In this document: positions 1 through 12,193 of the stretch, one piece after another
Layout: each line of letters opens with the position of its first letter
How positions within the stretch are numbered: position 1 is the stretch's first letter
Source of the DNA: Glaucostegus cemiculus
Lineage: Eukaryota
Direction: 5' to 3'
Assembly (NCBI GenBank): GCA_976551045.1
Contig: CDPCPM010000014.1
Location: 12,958,001 to 13,022,000 of the forward strand
DNA length: 64,000 nt
The notes under the pieces: generated by a model
What the model was told of the DNA's origin: nothing
The model's database searches: none
Seen by the model: the letters and a program-made list of their open reading frames with translations, nothing else
Made by a program: the position numbers and the translations under genes

Positions 1-787
1 TCATAATTTTATATACTTCAATCAGGTCACATCTCAGCCTCCAGTTCTCCAGAGGAAACAATCCAAGTTTGTCCAGCCTCTTCTTTATTGCTAATACCCT
101 CTAATCCAGGCAACATCCTGGTGAACCTCTTCTGCAACCTCTCCAGTATCTCCATATCCTTCATGTATGCTGTGATTGATACTGTGCACAATACTCCAAA
201 TGTGGCCTGACCAAAGATTTATCTAGCTGCAACATGACATTCTAACTTTTATACTCAGCAGCTTGACCACTGAAGAAAAGCATGCTGTACACCTTTTTAT
301 CACCCTATCTACTTGTATTGCCACTTTCAGGGAGCTCTGGATTTGCATCCCAAGATCCCTCTGTACATCAATGCTCTGATGAGTTCTGCCATCTACTGTA
401 TACTTTCCTCTTACATTTGACCTCCCAAAGTTCAACATCTCACACTTGTCTGGATTAAAATCCACCTGCCATTTCTCTATCCATATTTCCAACTGCTTCA
501 TATCATGTTGAACCCTTTGTCAATCTTCCTCACTATCCACAACACCGCCAATTTTTGTGCCATCTGCAAACTTACTGATCAGCCAACCTATATCTTTGTA
601 ACAAATCATTTGCATATATCACAAACAACAGAGGTCCTGGCACTGATCCCTGTGGAACACCACTGGTGACAGCCCTGTAGTCAGAATAACACCCTTCTAC
701 CAATACCCTCTGTTTCTATGACGAGCCAAACATGAATCCAATCTACCAAGTCTTCATGGATCCCATGTGCCTTAATCTTCTGGATCA
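1..787 (-). mobile_element. CR1 LINE ORF2 fragment (RT C-terminal half), degenerate
   Basis: ORF 223-501 reads WIEKWQVDFNPDKCEMLNFGRSN...QRDLG, typical of CR1. The minus strand near 560-670 encodes [14 protein letters not shown] and FADG-like RT motifs. Confidence 0.9.
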
Positions 788-959
788 TATGCACTTTGTG
801 TGTAATTTAATAGTGTTTGCTTAATGGGCCCCATTTGCAAAATTCCATTTCTTTGCTTTCATTGGTACCAAATCTCTGTAGTGAGTTCAATGTACATATT
901 CTACAGGTTTTGCATGTTTAGCACAAATTTAGCATAGATTTTTGTTATAATTGTATTTT

Positions 960-1120
960 TTCTTGTAAAAATTGTGTATAATTCATGATTAATGTATATT
1001 TTTCTTGTGAATGCTGCTTATATAATGCTATGTGCCTGTGATGCTGCTGCAAGTAAGTTTTTCATTGCATCTGTGCATACGTGTACTTGTGCATATGGCA
1101 ATAAACTTGACTTTGACTTC
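960..1120 (+). mobile_element. 3' tail of a Rex1/Babar-type LINE
   Basis: ...gtaagtttttcattgca...gtacttgtgcatatggcaataaacttgactttgactt resembles the tails of the other Rex1 copies here (AATAAA followed by a short tandem repeat). Confidence 0.55.
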
Positions 1121-1255
1121 AACACATGTATTGGAAAATGATTTTGTGCCTCAGCACTGTCTATTATGTTAATTTTGGTTCATTGATAATAACCCACAGC
1201 ATAGTTCATAGTCTAAGCCAACATGGGATAGAACCATTAAAGTCGACCCACACTC

Positions 1256-1556
1256 TGTGATGAATCAGACAACAGCAGAACCAAAGAACTTATGATAAAT
1301 ACTTTATTAGTTTTTGCTAGCGGGAGTGAGGGTACAGACATAGAGTACACAGTGTAACCCTAGCTCTGAACTGAAACTCACTCAAAGAAGATTCAGTTAC
1401 AGTGTATCTTTATACTAATTTTCATGGGAATCTAGGTGGGACGTTACATTTACACAGGCAGTTGTTTACATAAAGTTTTAAGCATAACAAGATATGTCTA
1501 AAAAATTACTTTCCCACTTACACCTGGCATTAAAACTAGACAAAACTAATATCACA
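1256..1556 (-). mobile_element. possible solo LTR
   Basis: Inverted ends TGTGAT...ATCACA, with minus-strand AATAAA (~1303) and TATAAA (~1410) in LTR-like order. No TSD seen. Confidence 0.35.
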
Positions 1557-1694
1557 CCATGCCTGAGATCATTCTTTACTCTGGAAAGCCACTGACAATG
1601 GGAAACACACCATTAACCCTTACATTGCCAGTTGTTAACCCTTGCATTCCCAGCAATCTTTCACAGAACATTCATCCTATCACTTTCCAAAGTC

Positions 1695-2115
1695 AGCAGT
1701 GGGTCAGTGAGAGCTCTAACGTCTTTATTTTAGAAGGTTTAAATTCCCTTCTAGACACCTGAATGCAAAATCTAGGTGGGCACCACAATGCTGAGTGAGT
1801 GCTGCACTGTCAGCATTGCCTGCTTTCAGATGATAGATTAAGCTACGCTGTCTGGGCTTTCTCACATCAATGTAAAATATCCCAAGGTGCTACTTGAATT
1901 CCTCTGACCAATAATTGTCCAAGACCCAAAATAACTAAGGCAAATTACCTCATTATGATCAGATTTGCTAATTTAAAGCCTGACAATGGACAAATTGATC
2001 AGCTTTTTACCTACTTTACTATACTTGATACACATCAAAAATATTTAATTGCTTTTAGTACAGTTTGACTTAGCCAGAGGTTGTGAATAATACTTTGCAA
2101 ATGAAAGTTCTTTTT
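1695..2115 (+). mobile_element. Deu-domain SINE (SacSINE1/AmnSINE1-like), old
   Basis: gtgctgcactgtcagcattgcctgctttcagatga...tgtaaaatatccc...gaggttgtgaa...aaatgaaagttcttt resembles the recalled Deu-SINE body and tail. Confidence 0.65.
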
Positions 2116-2554
2116 ACCAAGGATTATGGAAGTACACAATATCTTCAGCAAGACGAATCTAATGTTGACTGTTTCTCCTCATCCAGAGAGCTCACTTGCT
2201 GTCAGACATCCAGATGCAAGACCATTGGAGTGACTGCTTACCTGTGATCTTCATGCTGAGTATAGTGAAAAATGCAAGCAATCCCAAACTTGCCCTCAAG
2301 TGATAGTCAATTTCAAATAAAGGAGTGAATATCCTGACAAATGTTGTCCTTCCTAATAGTGTGCGTGCTGAGACCAATTATGTTGCTCCAGTTGGTCTCC
2401 CAATTGACCACATATTTAACGCTGAGGATAACTTTAGGAACCTCTGTATGGATTGCTACCAGCACAACAGTATTCTTACCAATTGAAACAGTTGGTAGGT
2501 TTATTTATTAAATATTTATTCTTTTATTTTCTGACTCTCTGCATGAAAGGTCAG

Positions 2555-2830
2555 AATAAAGATGTGCATTTTTATAATATTTTTCTCAACTTCAGGATGT
2601 CCCAATGCATTTACAGCCAATGAAGTACTACTAAAGAGTAAATAATGTTGTACTATAGGGACAATCATTTTATACACGACAAGCTCCCACAAGAAATAGT
2701 GTGATAGCTGTTTAATAATCTGTTTTGCTGAGGCTACTTGAAAGATATGCATGAACCAAGACATACTTCGGTGCTATGTACTTTTCCCATCAGGAAGGGC
2801 AGTCATGATATAATGCAGAAGTTCTAGTCA
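2555..2830 (-). mobile_element. Deu-domain SINE 3' part
   Basis: caggatgtcccaatgcatttacagccaatgaagtac...caagctcccacaa is the reverse complement of the Deu-SINE tail. Confidence 0.65.
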
Positions 2831-4114
2831 TCCAAAGATAGACATCTTTAAGTTATTTATTTTGTTGCACTTAAGGGTCAGGGAGAATGTCAAAGAGACT
2901 TCTCATCCTGATTTTTTTATCTAATGAATGTTGACAAAGAGGACTATAATCTGTTTTCTGTCCAGTTGAAGTAAGTGCTCTGGAAAAATCACAGACACAG
3001 TTAAGTCACCTGTCACTACCAGAAGGAATATGGTAGGTGGATCCTATCCCTGCCACTATCTGGGAGGGCAGAAATTGTTGTGGGGGCTGAGTGTGAGGCA
3101 AACCTTACCATAAGGTATAAAGGTGGGACCTGCCTCCTCATTGAGAAGGTTCTATGGAAATTTTATGGAACAGGGTAATGGTAGGGGGAGGTGGTTAGTG
3201 GTAAGTGAAAGTAACATGGATTTTTCAAATCTTTGGAAACTCAACCAGCCACAGTTTAAGCGATGAAGTTTCCTGGGAGCTGTACCTCAGGTGGTGCCAC
3301 CTCGGCTAGGCTCAGAATGGGCAGAAAGGAGGTAGTTTTGAGATTCGATAATTTCAGATCTGATGCAATCTTAACTCACTTAATTTTGTATTTTAAGATT
3401 ATATCTAGCCCTCTTTTAGAGCAAAAGTTCTGTTCGATCCAATGTATCACTGTGTACTTTGTCCTGTAATTTCTTTCAACCGATTGTTTTTCATCCAATC
3501 TTATAGTTTTCTCAAGGGATTTGTGTGGTATAAAGAAAAAGACAAAAGTAATTAAAAAAAACAAAAGATTTGCAAATCTGAACCCAAAGGAAGAAAGGAA
3601 ATGTTTTTATACCATACAATTTATAACAACAAACATTATCTAGAGCCCAGACATAGCTGTAAATGATTTATCTACGTTTTGGTACGTATGTTCACTTAGA
3701 TATATCTTAAAGATAGCTTGAAAGTATTAATGGAATTATTTTACAGTTCAGCAGAATTGAGCAGACCTTTTAAAGTGTTCTGTTTTGTGGCTGCTGTCAT
3801 CTGAATAAAAGGTTTAATAATCTGTATAAGTGCTTAAAATTACATAGATTCTTTTGAAAAAAAGTGTTATGAAAAGTGGATGTAAAAAGATATTTTGACA
3901 GTCATTAAGATCAAGTAAATTAACTATTTCAATGGAACTACAAAAAGCTTAGCTCTGACAGTATTTTGCATTCATTTCATTCACTGTATCAGTGAATCAT
4001 TCATACTATTTATTTGGTGTTGCTGATACTGGCATAAGCTATTATAGAATTATTAACACCTTTCCCATTTAATTTCAACACTTTCTACCAATGTGAATCA
4101 TTTTGTATTTACAG

Positions 4115-4196
4115 ACTTTATGAAAACCTTTCATTCTGCGCTTTATAATGCTTGCCTGGTGTCAATGGAACACTTTTTGTCAAGCTATACCTCAAG
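4115..4196 (+). CDS. candidate internal exon of an unidentified gene (82 bp)
   Basis: Acceptor ttttgtatttacag| and donor AAG|gtagaa in unique sequence. One open frame gives (D)FMKTFHSALYNACLVSMEHFLSSYTS; another frame gives (R)LYENLSFCAL*. Confidence 0.4.
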
Positions 4197-4924
4197 GTAG
4201 AAATATTGTCAAAATATTAGAGAGTTATACATTGACATTTCTTCAACATAAGTCATTAAGTCAGCAATATACAATATGATAATGAAACATTGATGAATAG
4301 CTCTGTTAGGGAAATATCTCTATTCTTAGTTTTCTTTTCTGCATTATAATTATGGAAAATACGTCAGCTGGTTTCCATGTTAGGACTAAAGTGCTATCTG
4401 CTGAGTAGTAATCTATTTTATTCCTGGCTAATCCTTACTTTATTGTAATACTAGTGTAATAAAGAATGTGGAGGTTATCTGTAGTACTTTTCATGATTGT
4501 CAAAAGAACAAATTTCTTATGTTGTAAGCATCTGTTCAGTAGAGTGCATGAATTATTTGCCAGAGTTTGGAACTGATTGTTTTCCTGAGCTGATGTAAAG
4601 TCTGAAGTTTATTTATTTTTAATAAAGAGATGGAGAGATTGGGCCAACCTTTATAATTCAATCCCAGATTGTAAGGACTAAACCAAGAAATTACTGAGAG
4701 TGATGTTAATAATTTTAAAGTATGGTTCAACAGAGTAAATGTTAATGCCTAAGTTAAAATACTGGAAAGAAGAGATTATGTGATTAGTTAGCTCATTGCT
4801 GTTTAGGGGAGCTTGCAGAGGTCAATTAGGCTGTTGAATTTCTTCCTTTGGAAAGAATTACCACATTCGCTTTAAAATGCTTTAGTGACAAAAGATTGTT
4901 TAAAAAATGCAAATTACATATTTC

Positions 4925-5255
4925 TTTAAACTATCAGAATAGTAAATATGGTAAAACTATTTCCTTTGATGGGGAAAGAATGATGGGACATAATCTTAAA
5001 GTTTGAGCTCAGCATTTCTGGAGGGAACTCTAGAAGCACTATTTAGCAAAAGGAATGGTAAACATCTGGAGATCTCTGTCTCAAGCCTGTTGAAACTAGG
5101 AGAATTGAGGCTTTCAAAACTGAACTGGTTTTTGTAATGTGGAGGAATAAAGGACCTTAAAGCTAAGGCTGTAATATAACTTTGTGGAACAGGTCAACCA
5201 CAGGATAGACCATGTGCTTGAATGGCATGTTGCAGGTCCTAATGTCCCCATGTAT
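4925..5255 (+). mobile_element. old CR1 3' end
   Basis: aaactatttcctttgatgggg...gggacataatcttaaa...ttgaatggc...ggtcctaatgtcccc resembles the CR1 ORF2 end and 3'UTR. Confidence 0.55.
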
Positions 5256-5694
5256 GTGGAACTGATGAATAGGAAGATAAAGCTAATGTATAAACCAACT
5301 TTCATGCTGGGTGATGCATATTATAATAGACCTCAAGCTTGAAAAGTTTGCCTTATTAATAACCCTACTCTGTCAGAATAAGGTGCATCCAAAAGGGTAA
5401 AGGAGACAAAAATATAACTGACAAAAGATAAAAATGTCACAGAAAATAAAAGGCAACAGATTTTAAAAGGCTTATCCTTTCATCTTATAACAATATGGCT
5501 GAGTACCCTGAATAAAACCTATAAAATCATTGTGTACTGCAGCAATAATTCTCATTTTATGAGCACGCAACTTAACAGTAATGGATATTTTCTACAATGT
5601 CACTGCCACACATAGAGATTCATAACATGGAATCACCAGATAAAGCTGCATTTCTGTCAATGAATTTATCAGAAGTATTTTATGCAGTTTTGGT

Positions 5695-6212
5695 CTCCTT
5701 ACCTGTGAAAGGCTACATTTGCCAAAGAGGGAGTGCAAAAAGGTTCACCAGACTGACTCCTGGGATGATGGGAGTGACATTTGAGAGAGATTAGGTCGAC
5801 CAGGCTTGTATTAACTAGAGGCGAGAAGGGTGGGAGGGATCGCATTGAAACATACACAATCCACACAGGATGAGACAGACTGAATGTGGGGAAAATGCTT
5901 CCCCCAGGCTGGGTGTCTAGAGCAAGAGATGACAGTCTCAGGATACAGGGCAAGATATCTAGTACTAAAAACAGATGAAATTTCTTCACCCAGAGGGGTG
6001 AATGTGTAGAATTTGCTACAACAGAAGGCTGTGTAGCCAAGTCACCAAATATATTTAAGAAGGCGATACATAAACATCTAGAAGAAAAGGGTATCAAAGA
6101 GTATGAGTAGAAATACTGTATTGAGATAGGCAATCAGCCACGAACACGTTGAATGGTAGAACAGACCTAGAAGGGAGAATGGTCTATTCCTGCTTCTATC
6201 TTCTGTGTTTCA
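5695..6212 (+). mobile_element. CR1 LINE 3' end
   Basis: Encodes KRFTRLTPGM, then ttcttcacccagagggg and the 3'UTR gaatggtctattcctgcttctatcttctgtgtt. Confidence 0.85.
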
Positions 6213-8354
6213 GAATATGTTTCAATATACTTTCATAAGCGTTTTAATGTAGATATCAGATGATTCACTAACAAACTGATATGGAGTGAAAGTTCCACAA
6301 TATGCATCTTTGGAGATGACTACATTTATAATTCAGCATCCAGAGGGACCAGAAATGAGTTGTTATTTTTAGGGCTGACCCTTCCACAGAATGATTCTGA
6401 TGGGGACGGCCTGCTTTGTTTTTTTGTTGATAGACTTTTAACATGCTTGCAGTATTTTTATCTTCTATTTGCAGTCACTTCTTTTCATTTTTCCCATTTT
6501 CTTTCTGTTTTACTCAGAATTATTTTCCTCAAGCCTCTCCATCCAGTAGAACACTCTTATTCTTTGAAACCTTTGTGTTGCTTAACCAAAATCATTTGGT
6601 TCATCAATCAACAATTTTCTCCTCCACCAGTTTTTTTTGACAAACTTTTTTATTATTGTTTATTTCATGTGTTGCAGTGAAAGAGCTGCAATTCCTGATT
6701 ATTAAGGGGGAATTTCAATTTAACCAACTTATTCAATATTGGTTCTACACTAGGACAACTTTTACTGTTCATTCCTCTCTAAAGAAAGTAATGAGAGCTG
6801 GGGTATAAAACCACCCAATCCCATCTTCTCAATTTACTGATAAAGACCTAGTTTAAAAATGTTCTTTTAAATTTTGCATTTTTTCCCTACCTTGCTAATT
6901 GGTCCCCCATGCTGTTAGTGTAACAACAACAGTTTTCTGTGCAGTGATCGATTCTGCTTTTATTTAATTACTTCTGTCTGATATTATTTATTGAGCTCCT
7001 TTTTAAAAGACAATAGGACACAACAATTAGGATTAATAGGAATCTGTTCCAATGTCTCTGTGGGGTATAATAAATATTCAGATATCTGACCTTGGCTGGG
7101 ATGTTTATAGTCATTCCTTAATAGGCCTGTGATTGAGTTAGCTTTTGGAATAGTATGTTTTAGTTGAAGCTGGGGATCTTGAGGTGAGGTTATCCCTTCC
7201 TCACCTAATCATTTAATCAGCCTCGTTGTAATAATTTAGATCGACTTTAAAATTACCTGTTTTCTAACATGTAATAAATATCATTTCATCAACTGTATGT
7301 TGAAGACAGCCACAAGAAGAGGTTTTACTTCACTCTCTTGTAAATGTTGGAGAATTGTTAAATCTTGTTTTCCAATACTGGATTCGCCATATTCTTCTCT
7401 TGTGTAATGGAGGAAAACCTTCTGGTCAGCAAAGAATGGTGCTGTATAATTTAACACGGTTAATATCTCCATTGAGGTTTATAGTTACAACAAAATATCA
7501 AGAGGAATCTTGTCACTGAGTGGCAAAACAATAAACCTTAGTGCTGTCAGGTAGCAAAAAAATGCCTTGAATGTGAGTTATCTGCTTGTGCAACACTTAC
7601 AGTGTGATAGTGTCTGCAATGAGGAAGGCCATTCTGTTCCATCAAGTTCTTGGTTATGCAAGGATTATTGAAAAATGCAAAAGTAAGAATCACAATTTTG
7701 CGTTTTTGCTGATAATCGTTGATTTTCCTTGTTTTTGTCAATTGATTCTTAACACCTTACTGAGAAAAGAGAGCAATTTGTGACTTTGGCATTATTGATC
7801 AATGTGTTTCTAGTTTTACCCAGGTTTAATTATATTTGTATTACTCAGTTTCTTAGCTTCTGAAGTGATTATTATTAGTATAACAACAGAAGAATTGATG
7901 TTTTTACATAATGTTACGGGCACTTAGAAGTTTTCAGAAACACTACATAAGGTGATTTTCAAGAATAAAAGATTTTAACAATTTCTTGGATTTGGATCTA
8001 ACAACACCAGACATTATAACAGAGAAACTCTAACATCATCTTCTGGTGTATACTTATGCTCAGTTAAATACATAAATCTGTATAAAGTGTGGAAAATGCT
8101 GTGCATTCGTGAATGAGTATAATAGTTTTTTATAGTGCAGTGTACCATAATTACTGATCACTATCTTGAGTTCTGAAAAATTAATTTAGGATGTTTGGTG
8201 TCTAGCTTCCTCATAATTATTTCTATCTTTTAATACAAAAATAATGTTATATTTAATATCACGTAAAGTGTTTATTCCACCTTAAGTCATACATACTTCA
8301 AGCATAAATTCATGCTCTAAAAATCATTTCAAGAGGTTTTGGCATATATTAGAA

Positions 8355-8682
8355 TTGGTGGTGGCAAGGTAGTGAAAATTATCACTAATCCAAGAAAACA
8401 AGTGTTCAAAGCCCAACATGGCAACTATGGAATTTAAATTCAGTAAATAGCCCACTTTAAAAAAAAGGTCATTAATAATGATGACTGCAAAACCATTGGA
8501 TTAACATAAAAATCCATCTTGTTCACTGATAATCTCCAGGGAAAAAAATCTGCTATCCTTATCCTGTCTAGCCTATATGTGACTGCAGATTCACCAATGC
8601 CTTTGACCATTTTAAATGACCTAACAAGCTCAGTTCAAGGGTAATTAGGCCTTGGCAGTGACACACACATCCTGAATAAGAA
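8355..8682 (+). mobile_element. tRNA-derived shark SINE with CR1-like tail
   Basis: gttcaaagcccaacatggcaac...ttcactgat...aaatctgctatcctta...ggccttggcagtgacacacacatcctgaa; similar to the copy at 20450-20965. Confidence 0.6.
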
Positions 8683-9585
8683 ATAAATACAATGGTTGGC
8701 TGTTGCGCTTATCTGATAACATAACTGTTCTGTATAGGAGGTACTAGATAACAACTAATATAGAGAAGGGGTTAATCCAGTCTTCATAGGCAAGTTTCTT
8801 CATAGTTGGTGAGTACTGTCTCCTTTGCGCAAATAGGAAAATTCTGCTCAGAGCTAAATGAGTTAAAATCAGGTCTTTGACAGCACACAACTGTGCAGAA
8901 AAATTCCACAGAAAAATAAAATAGGATTGATGACTTTCAGTGAAATAAAAAGGTTCATGAGAAAAGCACAAAGTGGAAGATAAATTGCTGTGAGAAAGAA
9001 ATAGGTTAAATATTTTCAGCATGCTTTGTTTCATTTTTAAGTGTGTGTAAGTTTCCTAACTTACATATGAAACATTGTCTTTTAGAATGTGCCTGCTATA
9101 TTTAATTGTGTCAACCCATATCCTTCATAGAGGTAAAAGCTGCTTCACATCTTGTGTGTTCTGGATGTGTATATGTTATGCAATTTTAATCAGTTAGTAG
9201 CTCCTGGCTTTCTGTGCTTCACAGTGTGTGCGTAGAATTCTGCACTTTCAAGTTGCAACAGCTGGGCGACAGCAGCTCCTGTTGGATCATCAGCAAAAGT
9301 CAGCACTACCAGCCTTGAAAACCAAATGCTATTCTCATTCTTTTCTCTTGACTGGGGACATATTAAACAAGATACCATGTGAAACATAGATTACTAAGAA
9401 GATAACATTTTCTGTTGATAACTTTTTAGAAAAAATATCAGTAAGCAACAGTCAGTATAGTTGAATTTTTAAAAATTGAACATTATTAAACCTAATTTAA
9501 GGTGATGTTTTGCCACAGTTTCAGAAGGAAATCATGAATTAACATATTTTCTACTGTGAATTTTCTGTTTTATTTTTATTTGAAG

Positions 9586-9634
9586 GGGTCCATGGTTTTC
9601 CAGACTGCATGAAAGATGATGGCAGCTTCTGCAG
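9586..9634 (+). CDS. candidate exon (49 bp) of the same unidentified gene
   Basis: Long polypyrimidine acceptor ttttctgttttatttttatttgaag| and donor CAG|gtatca. Joined to 4115-4196 it reads RGPWFSRLHER*; its own open frame reads GVHGFPDCMKDDGSFC. Confidence 0.4.
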
Positions 9635-10069
9635 GTATCATTTGTTATAGAATCATTGTTAGATGATCAGTTGCAATATATGACCTGCATTTGAGGTTTA
9701 TTAAAGGCTTGGACTTAAACGTCTCAGAGTTTTCGCTTCTTCTGAGATAGTGCGTTTAAGGGAGGGGAGATATGGTGTTTACCTCTGCATTTCCATCTCT
9801 AGTGTAAAATCAACAAGTATGGACATCACTTAGTCCTTGAAATTTGAAATTGGTTAGAAACACGGTTATTTGTTGTTTCAAGAAGCTAGGAAGCAAACAT
9901 TTATGGGTATGATTAGTATATTTTGTTAAAAAAAGGAGAAAAGTTCAGACTAACTAGTTCATCAGGAAAGATAATTCTTTGGGTAAAATAAATTTCAACA
10001 TTGGTAAGGCTTTAAATCCATCTATATTGGTCTTCTGATGGGAATCATTTTGAAATGATAATATGATTT

Positions 10070-10378
10070 TAATCACACAATCTACTGGAGGAACTCGGTG
10101 AGTCAAGCAGCATCTATGGGAGGAAAGAAATTGTCGGCCCTGCATCCGGACTGAGAGTCGAGGGCTGATATTGTCAACATAGAGAGGAGAAGGGGAGTGG
10201 CAAGAAAGGAGTCTGAGGTGATTGGTGGACTGAGGAGGGGTGTAAGATGACAGGTAGGTAGTGCCAGGTTGTTTTCCTTTTCCCTCTCTCTCTTTGTCTG
10301 CCTCCATCTGTTATTCACATGCCACAGTCTTCCAACTTCAGCCCCGTTCACCTCCCCTACCTGGCACTACCTGCCTAG
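10070..10378 (-). mobile_element. Penelope-derived remnant with internal inversion
   Basis: ctggaggaactcggtgagtcaagcagcatct is the reverse complement of the shark Penelope end. There is a 17/18 inverted repeat at 10252-10269 / 10359-10376. Confidence 0.65.
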
Positions 10379-10649
10379 ATTGAATTATCCATGTTAGGAA
10401 GTAACCACTGGAGGTTCTTTTACATTAACCAATAGGTCTGATACAATGTATTAGATTTTCCTTGTCTGTATCTCATGTTGCATGAAGCACGTGTTTAGAG
10501 AACTTGCCAATATCTTAGTACAAGGGGCCTTCTGCAAAGAATAATAATTATTGATGCAAGGGATTGCAGATTGGTCTAAATCCTCAAGGCATGAGATGAA
10601 GAGATATAAGGGTATATGGAGGCATCAGCACAGAAAAGGTTAAATATTT

Positions 10650-10740
10650 CAGAAAAGGCTAGAAAAACTCAGGAGGTCAGGCAGCGTCTGTGGAAAGAGA
10701 AACAGTCTATGTCTGAAAGAGTCTGCGACCCTTCATCACA
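10650..10740 (-). mobile_element. Penelope terminal remnant
   Basis: aaactcaggaggtcaggcagcgtctgtggaaagagaaacag...gacccttcatca. Confidence 0.7.
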
Positions 10741-11655
10741 ATAATATCTAATGCTATATACGTCAATTTTCATGGAATGCATGAACACATTTATAACAAA
10801 TTGCAAAGATATAACTGCTGAGCAATGATGAATAAGGGAACACTTTCCTGTTTCTCATTGTGATATATCTGGTTCAATACCACAATATAAAGGGAATTTG
10901 TAAAGAGTATATATTCTGTGTAATACATATAATGTGGTAAAGAGTCCTGTAAATCCATCGAGGAGGCAAGGCTTTTCAATGCTTCTGGGGAGTGACTGAA
11001 GAAAATAATCTGCTTTAAACTGTCCCAGCACTGAGAAAAATGATAATGCAAAATAAGATGCTGCAGATGCTGTAAAATAAATAATACATTAATTTAGAAG
11101 AACATTAATAATGGCAAAGTCACATTAAACTAAGAGCCGCATAGAAAGCTTATGGCAGAAGGAAGCTATTTTGCCTGTTGTGTCTGTGCCAGTCAGGAAA
11201 GGAGTACTGAGCCTAATTATATCCCAGCACTTCTGCAAGTGCACATCCAGGCACTTTTAAGCATGTTGAGGATTTCTGCCACCATCATCCTTTTAGGCAG
11301 TGAGTTCCAGATCCCTCAGAGTGAAAAATATTTTCCCATCTCCCCTGTAATCCTTCTAATACTATTTTAAATCAATGCCCCCAGGGTTTTGCACCTTAGC
11401 TAATGGAAATAGATTCTATTTACTTTCTCCATCCAGGTGAATCATAATTTCGTACACCTCAGTTCAGTCCTCCCCTCAGCCCCTTCCAAAGAAAACCCCA
11501 ACCTATTCAGTCTTACTTGATGGCTAAAGTATCCAGATCCTGCTAACATCCTCATAAAATCCCTTTGCACCCTTTCCAGTGCACTTGCATCTTTCCTGTG
11601 ATATGGTGACTACAACTGTACATAACACTCAAGCTGTAGCCCAGCAAGCATTATA

Positions 11656-12193
11656 CAATAAAACTCCAGCAATCAGCTTGTTTGGAATTCCTGATGGTTG
11701 GTGCTGACTTCTGTCCTCTAACACACTAAGGCCTTGGTCCTTGTGCTGCCTCTAAACACACCATGGCCTCAGTTTCCTTCACTCCTTCCAAACTTATTGG
11801 GCTCACAGGAAATGTTATTATATTATTATACTGGGTACCATCTTTTAATTCACTTCCATTTACAAGTGTGTTAGGGTGGCGCGGTAGCAGTTAGCATAAT
11901 GCTATTACAACGCCAGCGATCGAGGTTCAATTCCTGCCAGTGTCTATAAGGAGTTTATACATTCTCCCCGTGACTGTGTGGGTTTACTCTGGATGCTCTG
12001 GTTTCCTCCCACGTTCCAAAGACATACAGGTTAGTAGGTTAACATGGGTGCAATTGGGCGGTGTGGGCTTGTTGGGCCAGAGGGTCCTGTTACCATGCTG
12101 TATAAATAAAGTTTTAATAAGTTTATATCTAATAGAACAGAAAATCTGCCAGTCCAGCATCACCAGAGTCCCCAGATTAACATAATTTTACTG
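11656..12193. mobile_element. putative Tc1/mariner (Tigger-like) MITE
   Basis: TA|CAATAAAACT ... AATTTTACTG|CA (terminal inverted repeats match 8/10). CR1 sequence resumes on both sides. Confidence 0.5.
11875..12112 (+). mobile_element. V-SINE (HE1-like) with CR1-type tail
   Basis: tRNA-like head with B-box ggttcaattcc, V-domain ttctccccgtgactgtgtgggtttactctggatgctctggtttcctcccac, tail gggccagagggtcctgttaccatgctgtat. Confidence 0.9.

Noticed and set aside
6360-6680. Hydrophobic 106-aa ORF (similar ones at 16630-17189)
   Set aside because: T-rich low-complexity sequence giving chance Phe/Leu-rich frames.
11875-11940. tRNA genes at SINE heads (also 24697, 51116)
   Set aside because: A/B boxes run straight into the V-domain and no full cloverleaf is evident.
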